From the NCBI GenBank assembly GCA_947629255.1, contig CANRDF010000003.1:1-63753 (forward strand): a DNA stretch of 63,753 bases, read 5' to 3'. The notes under the pieces are model-generated. The model had not been told where the DNA came from. It did no database searches and saw only the letters and a program-made list of their open reading frames with translations. This document shows, in pieces, positions 39,354-47,992 of the stretch. The DNA is from an uncultured Bacilli bacterium. GTDB lineage: Bacteria > Bacillota_I > Bacilli_A > RF39 > UBA660. The position numbers were made by a program, and so were the translations under genes. The stretch's first letter is position 1, and each line of letters begins with the position of its first letter.

Positions 39354-40199
39354 TTAGCTGTTTTTAAGTTCTTCAATATTTTCAATAGAAAAACCTGTCA
39401 CTTCAGAAATTGTATTAAAATCTAGCTCAGTCTTTTTTAACAAAGCTTTTGCAATTTCTTCAGCCATAGCATCTTTTCCTTCACCAAAAGCAATAACTCT
39501 TTCCTTTTCCTCAGAGGTCCATCTTTTGGCTTTCCTAGCCTGTCTAAAATCTTCAGCATTCGCGGCTAATATCATCAAATCTTCATCCTCTCTAGCAATT
39601 TGCCTCATTTTCTTTAGAGATTTCTCACCAATCATTTGTAAATGTCTTAATAGCAAATCATTTTCACCATCATTGTATCCCATTTCTTTTGCTTTGTCAA
39701 CATTTAAGATATAGAGTTCGATATTACTAGGTAATTCTTTATATTCAGGACCTTCTCCCTTAAAATTATATTTCTGAAACCAACGATTTGGTAAGTTTAA
39801 GTTTTTACTTACTTTCCCTGCTATAATAATACCTATTACCTTCTTACCTTCAGTATACTTTTGCTTTTCTTGTAACTGTTCTGCATCAGTACTAGATAAA
39901 TAAGATAATTCCTTCTTTAAACTTTCTAGATTTAAAGTAGTTTGAGCTTCTATATTAATAATATAATGAGGAGTATAGATAATAATATCTCCCCTTTTCT
40001 CTTTCGTAGATAATTTTTTCTTTTGAAAAATATACTCAATTTGAATCATAATCTCTTCCAAATATTCCTCTTCATGAATATATTGAAAGAAACCTTTTAA
40101 AAAAGATAACATAACTCTTTTATCACGATACAGATGTTTAAACATGTCATCAAATAAAATCTTCTTTTTTCCATAACTCTTAGATGCCAAAGAAATCAC
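39354..40199 (-). CDS. Rpn-family (YhgA-like, PD-(D/E)XK) recombination-promoting nuclease / putative transposase
   Basis: 'FDDMFKHLY', a 'GDIIIY..IINIEAQT' PD-(D/E)XK-like core, and a C-terminal helical tail typical of the family. It uses a GTG start. Confidence 0.65.
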   Translation of the reverse strand: MISLASKSYGKKKILFDDMFKHLYRDKRVMLSFLKGFFQYIHEEEYLEEIMIQIEYIFQKKKLSTKEKRGDIIIYTPHYIINIEAQTTLNLESLKKELSYLSSTDAEQLQEKQKYTEGKKVIGIIIAGKVSKNLNLPNRWFQKYNFKGEGPEYKELPSNIELYILNVDKAKEMGYNDGENDLLLRHLQMIGEKSLKKMRQIAREDEDLMILAANAEDFRQARKAKRWTSEEKERVIAFGEGKDAMAEEIAKALLKKTELDFNTISEVTGFSIENIEELKNS

Positions 40200-40250
40200 C
40201 TCAAGTGATTATTCTTACATAGGTATGAAAGAAATTCAAGCGAAGGTTTT

Positions 40251-40267
40251 GTCGAATTTTGTCGAAG
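40251..40267 (+). promoter_or_regulatory. perfect tandem Spo0A-box pair (TGTCGAA-N3-TGTCGAA) upstream of the Rpn-like gene
   Basis: It reads TGTCGAATTTTGTCGAA, 52-68 nt upstream of the start at 40199. Confidence 0.55.
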
Positions 40268-40320
40268 CAAGAAAACTATACAGAAAAGAAAAAGAAAATG
40301 CGAATTGAATACACATTTTA

Positions 40321-41565
40321 CTATAAAATTTGTTGTAAATGATAAGGATGATCGAAACTTCCATCTTGGCTATCATTTACGATTTTAACATTTGATTTTA
40401 AATATATAGTAGGTCGTACATCAGCTTTTTGTATAATAGGGTTATAACCGATATCTCCATCAGAAATGATACCATATGCTCCATCATAAAATGTCCCATA
40501 AGGCGATAAAGTCCATTGATATTGCGGAATACCCAAATCATCTTTATAAAATAACCAATCATCCTTATAACAATCTTTGCTAAAATAAATTAATTCTTTT
40601 TCTAAACAATGATTCCTATTTATCCCTCCTACAGCATATCCATAATCGCTGGGATACATGAGACCAATCGAATGAAAGTTAGAGGTATTTTGCCCCCATT
40701 CATAAGGTTGATTATTATAAGCATAATTTTCTCTTTCCTTTTCATACCATTGATTTACAAATGAACTTTGATAATCATTCCAAATAATGCCACCTATATT
40801 CCAAATAATATTTTCATCTATCATACTTTTTGCATCATCTTTTAATTGATTATAATATTCAGTATTTAGATAAGACTGAAGAGATGATTTTGTCCAGTCA
40901 TTTTGATTATTACTATCCCAAGCACGATCCCCATCGTTATTATTTTTAATAATTTTTAATCTCTGTTCTACTACTTTACTTTCTATTTTAACATTAACTA
41001 AACCAATAATACGCCATAGTTCTTCATTAAACAACACATAATTTTTGGAATTTATTCCTGCAAAACGAAATTCAGTTTGACTAAAACCATCGTTATCAGT
41101 TGTATCTATTACTTTATCATGAGGCACTTCATAAAGTCCGTCATCACTTTTCACAATTGGTATCCCCTTACCTTGAATAAACTTACCTTTCACAAAATAT
41201 AAATTACATTTTGTTCTTGATGTAGTCACACCATGAACTTGAATTACATAATCTTCCGTTAATGTAACTTTGATATTATCATCATGACTTCCATTTACCC
41301 CACAGAAACTATTTTCTTCGTCTAACACATATTCACTCTCTTTTTTTGGCATATCCTTTTGTATCTCATTATCTACAAAAAATGCAAAATAGATATTTCC
41401 AGGGTCTTGAACTTCTCCTTTAATCACATTTTGATTTGTCCTCACTTCAAATATGGCAAATGTTCGATACAAAATCACTCCACTTACTAACAAAATACAT
41501 GTTATAGTGAATATTATAACTCCTAATCTTTTATTATCTCTTTCTTTAAATTTCTTTAATTTCAT
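40321..41565 (-). CDS. signal-anchored extracellular protein, paralogue (N-terminal ~130 aa) of 58065..59960
   Basis: 'MKLKKFKERDNKRLGVIIFTITCILLVSGVILYRTFAIFEVRTNQNVIKGEVQ' is near-identical to the N-terminus of the 631-aa protein. The C-terminal domain contains 'WRIIGLVN' and 'W..SSLQSYLNTEYYNQL'. Confidence 0.7.
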   Translation of the reverse strand: MKLKKFKERDNKRLGVIIFTITCILLVSGVILYRTFAIFEVRTNQNVIKGEVQDPGNIYFAFFVDNEIQKDMPKKESEYVLDEENSFCGVNGSHDDNIKVTLTEDYVIQVHGVTTSRTKCNLYFVKGKFIQGKGIPIVKSDDGLYEVPHDKVIDTTDNDGFSQTEFRFAGINSKNYVLFNEELWRIIGLVNVKIESKVVEQRLKIIKNNNDGDRAWDSNNQNDWTKSSLQSYLNTEYYNQLKDDAKSMIDENIIWNIGGIIWNDYQSSFVNQWYEKERENYAYNNQPYEWGQNTSNFHSIGLMYPSDYGYAVGGINRNHCLEKELIYFSKDCYKDDWLFYKDDLGIPQYQWTLSPYGTFYDGAYGIISDGDIGYNPIIQKADVRPTIYLKSNVKIVNDSQDGSFDHPYHLQQIL

Positions 41566-41655
41566 AAAAATTTCTCCTTTAAAAAGCCACGTTTTGTCAG
41601 CCTTATTTTAATTAATAATACCACATATTGTATGCTTTATGCAAGAGGTGGATAT

Positions 41656-41892
41656 ATGAAAATCAAAGCAAATGACTATAAAGCAAACGAAATAATAAAG
41701 ATGATTAGGGAATATGCTGGTCTAACTCAAAAAGAATTTGGAAAAAAAATAAATAGAACAAGAAGTGCCATTCAATACTATGAATATGGTCTAAGAAATT
41801 ATGATACTGAATTATTATTAGCAATTGCTAAAGCATATGATTTAGATATCACTATAGAAAGTAAGAAAAAATCAAATAAAAGTATTTCATAA
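41656..41892 (+). CDS. XRE-family helix-turn-helix regulator
   Basis: 'LTQKEFGKKINRTRSAIQYYEYG' is an HTH_3-type motif. It is divergent from the membrane protein gene and paralogous to 57748..57984. I set the start at MKIKAND, which has a GAGGTGG RBS. Confidence 0.8.
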   Translation: MKIKANDYKANEIIKMIREYAGLTQKEFGKKINRTRSAIQYYEYGLRNYDTELLLAIAKAYDLDITIESKKKSNKSIS

Positions 41893-41940
41893 GCAAACAT
41901 ATAGACATTTAAATAGAATTATGATAAACTTGTTGCAATA

Positions 41941-42043
41941 AAAAAGCAAGTGAATCCAGCTTTAAATGGAAATCAAAAAAGCGGTTAAACCAGCCGAAAA
42001 TGGTAATGAAAAAAGTGGTGAATCCAGCCGTTAAATGGAATTG
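41941..42043 (+). repeat. three tandem ~34-bp direct repeats (iteron-like)
   Basis: The units start at 41941, 41975 and 42009. The unit consensus is AAAAAAGYGGTGAATCCAGCCGTTAAATGGAAT. Confidence 0.75.
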
Positions 42044-42054
42044 AAAAAAGGAGA

Positions 42055-42078
42055 CTAGAGAGCACACTCTAGCTTTTT
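42055..42078 (+). terminator. rho-independent terminator candidate
   Basis: The hairpin CTAGAG-AGCACA-CTCTAG is followed by CTTTTT. Confidence 0.55.
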
Positions 42079-42136
42079 ATATTCAAATAAATGATTTTTT
42101 TTAAAAGAGGAGCAAAATAAAATTCATCACTTTTGA

Positions 42137-42166
42137 TTGACATTTCTAAAGTTTTGATATTATAAT
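42137..42166 (+). promoter_or_regulatory. sigma-A type promoter of rpmH
   Basis: TTGACA (42137..42142), an 18-nt spacer, then TATAAT (42161..42166), about 30 nt upstream of the rpmH start. Confidence 0.65.
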
Positions 42167-42194
42167 AAGGGAGCTTAACAAAAAGGAGGGATAT

Positions 42195-42320
42195 CATGGA
42201 AGTTGGAACATATCAACCAAATAAAAGAAGAAGAGCAAAAAAACATGGTTTTTTCTCACGTAAAAAATCGAACGTAATGAAAAAAAGAAGAAACAAAGGT
42301 CGCAAAGTATTATGTCATAA
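42195..42320 (+). CDS. rpmH: 50S ribosomal protein L34 (C-terminus apparently frameshifted)
   Basis: It has an AGGAGGG RBS and reads 'MEVGTYQPNKRRRAKKHGFFSRKKSNVMKKRRNKG', which is L34-like. The annotated frame ends ..GPQSIMS*. The +1 frame from 42301 gives the canonical ..G-RKVL.. ending, stopping at 42324. Confidence 0.8.
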
Positions 42321-42369
42321 TTAGTCCACATTTTTCATGTGGAATTTTTATTATACGAAGGTGAAATAA

Positions 42370-42702
42370 ATGAAGAAAAAAGAAATGATAAAAACTCATA
42401 GAGAATTTACAGAAATCATTCAAAAAGAAAAATTTGTAAAAAACAAAAATTTTGTATTATATATAAGGAAAGGAAAATATGATTATCCTCACTTTGGAAT
42501 TGCAGTTTCTAAAAAACTAGGAAATGCCGTTCATAGAAACAAACTAAAAAGACAAATGAGAGTGATTTTAACAGAATGGAAAAAAACATTGAATGAAAAC
42601 AAAGATTATATTATAATAATGAAAGAAAACACAAAAAATTTAAGTTTTCAAGAATTACAACGAAGTTTTCTTGAACTAGGGAAAGAAAGTGAGAAACTAT
42701 GA
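42370..42702 (+). CDS. rnpA: ribonuclease P protein component
   Basis: 'FGIAVSKKLGNAVHRNKLKRQMR' is the RnpA signature. It sits between rpmH and yidC. Confidence 0.92.
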   Translation: MKKKEMIKTHREFTEIIQKEKFVKNKNFVLYIRKGKYDYPHFGIAVSKKLGNAVHRNKLKRQMRVILTEWKKTLNENKDYIIIMKENTKNLSFQELQRSFLELGKESEKL

Positions 42703-43700
42703 AAAAACAAAATAAAATATTAGCAGTAATACTAGTTCTAATCATTTCTTTAACAAGTGGCTGTGGAGCCGATGATTACTTAAAAGATGAGAACAATGCC
42801 GTATTAACAAATACTCAAACAGGTCAAAGTGTAAGAAAAGATATATTATGTCAACCACAGAAAGATACAGAATTATATCATATCTATGAAACTCACAACG
42901 ACCAATTAAAAACAAAATTAGAAGATTTACCAACCTGTGAAGAATTTAACTTAGGTTCAAATCCATACAACGGTCTATGGGAAACCATTTTAGTAAGACC
43001 ACTTGCATTACTCATATTAAAAGCTGGATACTTATTCAATAACTTTGGTATAGCTGTTATGGTAATAGGCTTGCTCATAAGACTCATCATGTTACCGCTT
43101 GCCATAAAAAGTATGAAAGCAACGAGTAACATGCAAAAAGCTCAACCAGAGATTCAAAGAATTGAAAGAAAATATGCTGGAAGAACTGATTCAGAGTCCA
43201 TGATGGCAAAGAGTCAAGAACAAATGATGGTATATCAAAAATACAAAATCAATCCAGTATCAGGTTGTCTTGTTGCCTTAATCCAAATTCCATTATTCTT
43301 TGCATTTCTAGATGCGATTAACAAAGTCCCAGCAATCTTTGAGGGAAGCCTATTTGGAATGCATCTTGGTATGACACCATGGAAAGGATTATCAGAAGGA
43401 CAATACATCTACATTGTATTAATATTCTTAATCGTGGCAACAACCTATATTTCATTCAAAAATTCTATGAAATCATCACAAGATAATGAAATGATGAAAC
43501 AAATGAACTTCATGTTCATGTTTATGATAATAAGTATTTCCATCGCATCATTCTCACTTCCAACTGCAATAGCATTCTACTGGATTGTTACAAATGGATT
43601 TGCAGTATTACAAAATGCTATCATCAAAAGAGTATTAAATGAGGAAGAAAAGAAAAAGAAAAAACACATCTTTGATATCAAATGGAAAAGAAAAAAATAG
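42699..43700 (+). CDS. yidC: membrane protein insertase YidC/SpoIIIJ (lipoprotein type)
   Basis: A 'LTSGC' lipobox, 'KMQKAQPEIQRIERKY' and 'YKINPVSGCL..IQIPLFFAF'. Confidence 0.92.
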   Translation: MKKQNKILAVILVLIISLTSGCGADDYLKDENNAVLTNTQTGQSVRKDILCQPQKDTELYHIYETHNDQLKTKLEDLPTCEEFNLGSNPYNGLWETILVRPLALLILKAGYLFNNFGIAVMVIGLLIRLIMLPLAIKSMKATSNMQKAQPEIQRIERKYAGRTDSESMMAKSQEQMMVYQKYKINPVSGCLVALIQIPLFFAFLDAINKVPAIFEGSLFGMHLGMTPWKGLSEGQYIYIVLIFLIVATTYISFKNSMKSSQDNEMMKQMNFMFMFMIISISIASFSLPTAIAFYWIVTNGFAVLQNAIIKRVLNEEEKKKKKHIFDIKWKRKK

Positions 43701-43721
43701 AAAAGAAAGAAGTGAAGTAGT

Positions 43722-44321
43722 ATGTCAGTGATTACAGAAGGAAAGACCTTAATCGAGGCTGTAGAAAATGCCAAAAACGAATTACAAACCGAAAGCATTT
43801 TTTACAAAAAAGAAGAAATAAAAAAGGGTGGACTATTTAAGTCAACAGTATATCAAGTAACTGCGATTTCACATCAAGAATTATTAAAAGAGATAAAAGA
43901 TTATCTGAAAGAATTAACGAGTGCTTTAGGACTAGAAGTGCAATTTGAAACAAGTATTAGAGAAGATACATTTACAATTACCATGTTTTCTGATAACAAT
44001 GCAATATTGATTGGAAAAAATGGGCAAACCCTAAAAGCATTAGAAACACTCTGTCGTGCCAAAATAAATATGGAATGGAATGTCTACGTCAAAATCATAT
44101 TAGACGTAGAAAATTACAAAGAGAAAAGAGTTCAAGCATTAGAAAGACTTGCAATCAGGACTGCGAAAGAAGTAAGAGATACGAAAATTCCAGTCGCATT
44201 AGAGAATATGAATTCCTATGAAAGAAGAATTATTCATAACAAATTAGCAAATTTCAAAGGAATTTCTTCTGCAAGTGAAGGCGAAGAACCAAACCGACAT
44301 ATTGTAATTAAGGCAGAGTAA
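43722..44321 (+). CDS. jag: Jag/KhpB RNA-binding protein (Jag_N + KH + R3H)
   Basis: 'IGKNGQTLKALE' is KH-like and 'SYERRIIHNKL' is R3H. It sits downstream of yidC. Confidence 0.88.
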   Translation: MSVITEGKTLIEAVENAKNELQTESIFYKKEEIKKGGLFKSTVYQVTAISHQELLKEIKDYLKELTSALGLEVQFETSIREDTFTITMFSDNNAILIGKNGQTLKALETLCRAKINMEWNVYVKIILDVENYKEKRVQALERLAIRTAKEVRDTKIPVALENMNSYERRIIHNKLANFKGISSASEGEEPNRHIVIKAE

Positions 44322-44417
44322 CATCTGTCTTTTCTTTTGAATAAAAACTGTAAAGTAGCTAAAAAAAGAAAAAGAATATAATAAAAATCATGATAAAATT
44401 ATATAAGGAGGGCAAAA

Positions 44418-44672
44418 ATGTCATATAACGAACTAGAAAACAATTTTTTTATTCAAGAATTAAATTTTATAGATTTATACAAAAAAGGAGTAGACCCATT
44501 ACTTGCTTTTATGAGAGCATTTAATGTAGATGACGTAGAATATGCCAAAAAATTATTAGCGACTATGAATATGGAAGAAAAAACTTCAGCCGCATACATA
44601 GAAAAATTAAAACAAACAATAACATTTATCAAAGAAAACGTTGTGAAGGAAGAACCAAAGCTCCGAAGATAA
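44418..44672 (+). CDS. hypothetical protein (84 aa)
   Basis: It has an AGGAGGG RBS. I recognise no family. Confidence 0.45.
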   Translation: MSYNELENNFFIQELNFIDLYKKGVDPLLAFMRAFNVDDVEYAKKLLATMNMEEKTSAAYIEKLKQTITFIKENVVKEEPKLRR

Positions 44673-44755
44673 AAACATGACATTAAAGTCAAATATAGAT
44701 TTTAATTTTTTTTTTTAAATAATACGTGTTATAATACAATACGTTAAAGAAAGCA

Positions 44756-46120
44756 GTGATTTATATGGATAGAACGATTGCTAGTATATCAACCAATAAT
44801 CTAGGAACAAGTGCGATAAACATTGTAAGAATAAGTGGACCAAATGCAATTGAAATTGTAAGCAAAATCTTTTCGAACCAAAACTTTAAAGATGCACCAT
44901 CCCATACCATTCATTATGGTTGGATAAAAGAAGGAGAAGAAACGATTGACGAAGTCTTAGTTTTACTCATGCGTGCTCCAAAAACATACACCAAAGAAGA
45001 TATGGTTGAAATTGATTGTCATGGAGGGTATGCAACCACAAATAAAATCTTAGAACTTTTACTAGAAAACGGAGCTGAATTAGCTGAACCAGGAGAATTT
45101 ACCAAAAAAGCATTCTTAAATGGCCGAATTAATTTACTCGAAGCTGAAAGTGTAAGTGATTTACTAAATGCGAAAACAAGCCTTCAATCTAAAATGGCGA
45201 TGAGTGGACTTACAGGAAAAACAACTAAACTCATTCAAAACTTAAGAGAGAAAATGGTTTCCTTACTTGCAAATATCGAGGTTAATATTGACTATCCAGA
45301 GTACACTGACGAAATCCAAATTACTAAAGAAAACATTACACCTGTTTTAAAAGAAATAAATGAAACTTTAGAAAACATCATCAAAGAATCTAGAAATGGT
45401 TCTTTAATAAAAAATGGAATTAATGTAGCCATTGTGGGAAGTCCAAACGTTGGCAAAAGTTCTTTACTAAATACCTTATTAGAGGAAGAAAAAGCTATAG
45501 TTACTGATATACGTGGAACGACAAGAGACGTGGTAGAAGGATCCATCATCGTAAATGGAATTGTTCTAAATTTTTTAGACACCGCGGGTATTCGAGAAAC
45601 CGAAGACATCGTCGAAAAAATAGGGGTAGAAAAAAGTAAAAAATTAATGAAAGAAGCAGACTTAACCATTCTTGTTTTAAATGGCAACGAATCTCTATCC
45701 AAAGAAGAAAAAGAATTAATAAAAACTATAGAGGAGCAAGAAGGAATCATCTTTGTAAACAAAATTGACCTAGAAGAAAAAATAGAAACAATAGATACCA
45801 CATTACCTATCATAAAAGGAAGTACCAAAACCAATATAGGAATAGAAGGACTAAAAGAACAGATCATCGACACTTTTGGTCTAAAAGATATGAGCAACAA
45901 AGACTTAACATACTTATCCAATGCAAGACAGATTGCTTTAGCAACTGAGGCTAAAAATCTCATCACTCATGTTATCGAAGAAAACAAAAAAGATATCCCA
46001 GTAGACATGCTTGCTATCGATATCAAAAGTGCATGGGAAAATCTAGGCAAAATGATAGGTGAGTTTTACGAAGATGAACTAGTAGACAATATATTTTCAA
46101 AATTCTGTTTAGGAAAGTAG
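44756..46120 (+). CDS. mnmE: tRNA modification GTPase MnmE
   Basis: 'GSPNVGKSSLLN', 'DTAGIRET' and the C-terminal 'FCLGK'. The true start is probably the ATG at 44765. Confidence 0.95.
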   Translation: MIYMDRTIASISTNNLGTSAINIVRISGPNAIEIVSKIFSNQNFKDAPSHTIHYGWIKEGEETIDEVLVLLMRAPKTYTKEDMVEIDCHGGYATTNKILELLLENGAELAEPGEFTKKAFLNGRINLLEAESVSDLLNAKTSLQSKMAMSGLTGKTTKLIQNLREKMVSLLANIEVNIDYPEYTDEIQITKENITPVLKEINETLENIIKESRNGSLIKNGINVAIVGSPNVGKSSLLNTLLEEEKAIVTDIRGTTRDVVEGSIIVNGIVLNFLDTAGIRETEDIVEKIGVEKSKKLMKEADLTILVLNGNESLSKEEKELIKTIEEQEGIIFVNKIDLEEKIETIDTTLPIIKGSTKTNIGIEGLKEQIIDTFGLKDMSNKDLTYLSNARQIALATEAKNLITHVIEENKKDIPVDMLAIDIKSAWENLGKMIGEFYEDELVDNIFSKFCLGK

Positions 46121-47992
46121 GTGAAACAAATGAAATATGAAATAATCGTAGTCGGAGGAGGTCATGCTGGAATTGAAGCTGCCCATATTGGAGCCTTTAA
46201 AGGTCACAAAACATTACTTGTAACAGGAAATATCAAAAACATCGGTGATATGCCATGTAATCCATCCATTGGTGGTTCAGCGAAAGGAATTATCGTAAGA
46301 GAAATTGATGCTTTAGGCGGACTCATGGGAAGAGTAGCTGACATTTCTCATTTTCAAATCAAAATGCTTAACAATTCGAAAGGACCAGCCGTTCGTAGTT
46401 TACGTGCTCAAGCAGACAAAGTAACATATCCGAAAAACATGTTGAAAGAATTAGAGAGTACTCCAAATTTGACCATACAAGAAAGCATGGTAGAAGATTT
46501 AATCGTGGAAGACAACACGGTAAAAGGAATTATCTTAGAAGATGGAAGCAAAATTGAAGGTGAAAAAATCATACTTACAACCGGAACCTATTTAAAAGCC
46601 AACATTTTGGTCGGAAACACTTCAACAGAAAGTGGTCCTCATGGGGAAAGAAGAAGCAATCATTTAAGTGATAATCTAAAAAAATATGGTCTTCACATCC
46701 AACGTCTGAAAACAGGAACTCCCGTCAGAATAAAAGCAAGTTCTATTGATTTTTCAAAAATGCACGAAGAAGTAGGCGACAACACTTACTGGACGTTCTC
46801 TTGTGACAACCCTCCATGCTATGATATCAATAAACAACAAAAATGTTATCTTATTTATACCAATCCTAAAACCCATAAAATAATTTTAGATAACCTAGAC
46901 AAATCAGCCATGTACAGTGGGCTTGTAACTGGAGTAGGACCAAGATATTGTCCTAGTATTGAAGACAAACTTGTTAGATTTAAAGACAAAGAAAGACATC
47001 AACTTTTCTTAGAACCAGAAAGCATCCACTATGATGATTGGTATCTCCAAGGCTTTTCGACATCGATGCCAAAAAATATTCAAGAACAAATGGTAAGAAG
47101 CCTCGAAGGATTAGAAAATGCCGTGATTACAAAATATGCTTATGCAATTGAGTATGATGCTATTGACCCATTACAAATCATGCCATCCCTAGAGTCAAAG
47201 GTAATTAAAAATCTATATACAGCAGGCCAAATTAATGGAACGAGTGGATACGAAGAAGCAGCAGGTCAAGGAATTGTTGCCGGAATCAATGCAGCCTTAA
47301 GTCTTGAAAAAGAAGAACCTCTCATATTAAAAAGAAACGAAGCTTACATTGGTGTTTTAATTGATGATTTAGTAACCAAAGGTACCAACGAGCCATACCG
47401 AATGCTAACAAGTCGTGCTGAGTTCCGTCTTATCCTTCGCCATGACAATGCCGATTTAAGACTTCGTCCACTAGCTAAAAAATGTGGTTCTATCACCGAT
47501 ACTCAATACCAAAATTACTTAAATAAAAAGAAAGAAATTGAAGAATGTGAAATATTTTTAAAAGAGACAAAATGCAAACTAACATCAGAAGTAAAAGAAA
47601 TTTTTGCCAAAGAAAATATTCCCGTTCCAAGTATAACCGAAACATTCTATGATTTATTAAAACGTCCAGAGATTACCATAAAGTTTTTAAATAAAATTGA
47701 ACCAATTCCTTTCAAAGAAGAAATTCAAGAAGAAATGGAAATTCAAATTAAATACGATGGATACATCAAGAAAACTTATAAAGAAGTAGAAAAAATGATG
47801 AAACTAGAAGAAAAAGAAATTCCAAGTGATATTGATTATACAAAAGTAAAAAATCTAGCTTCAGAAGCTCGTCAAAAATTAGAAAAAATAAGACCAATCT
47901 CCTTAGGACAAGCAACAAGAATCAGTGGTGTAAATCCAAGTGACATAGCCATATTAAATGTTTATTTAAAGAAAGAGTATAACCATGAATAA
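46121..47992 (+). CDS. mnmG: tRNA uridine 5-carboxymethylaminomethyl modification enzyme MnmG
   Basis: 'VVGGGHAGIEAA', 'GPRYCPSIEDK' and 'GQINGTSGYEEAA'. Confidence 0.96.
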   Translation: MKQMKYEIIVVGGGHAGIEAAHIGAFKGHKTLLVTGNIKNIGDMPCNPSIGGSAKGIIVREIDALGGLMGRVADISHFQIKMLNNSKGPAVRSLRAQADKVTYPKNMLKELESTPNLTIQESMVEDLIVEDNTVKGIILEDGSKIEGEKIILTTGTYLKANILVGNTSTESGPHGERRSNHLSDNLKKYGLHIQRLKTGTPVRIKASSIDFSKMHEEVGDNTYWTFSCDNPPCYDINKQQKCYLIYTNPKTHKIILDNLDKSAMYSGLVTGVGPRYCPSIEDKLVRFKDKERHQLFLEPESIHYDDWYLQGFSTSMPKNIQEQMVRSLEGLENAVITKYAYAIEYDAIDPLQIMPSLESKVIKNLYTAGQINGTSGYEEAAGQGIVAGINAALSLEKEEPLILKRNEAYIGVLIDDLVTKGTNEPYRMLTSRAEFRLILRHDNADLRLRPLAKKCGSITDTQYQNYLNKKKEIEECEIFLKETKCKLTSEVKEIFAKENIPVPSITETFYDLLKRPEITIKFLNKIEPIPFKEEIQEEMEIQIKYDGYIKKTYKEVEKMMKLEEKEIPSDIDYTKVKNLASEARQKLEKIRPISLGQATRISGVNPSDIAILNVYLKKEYNHE

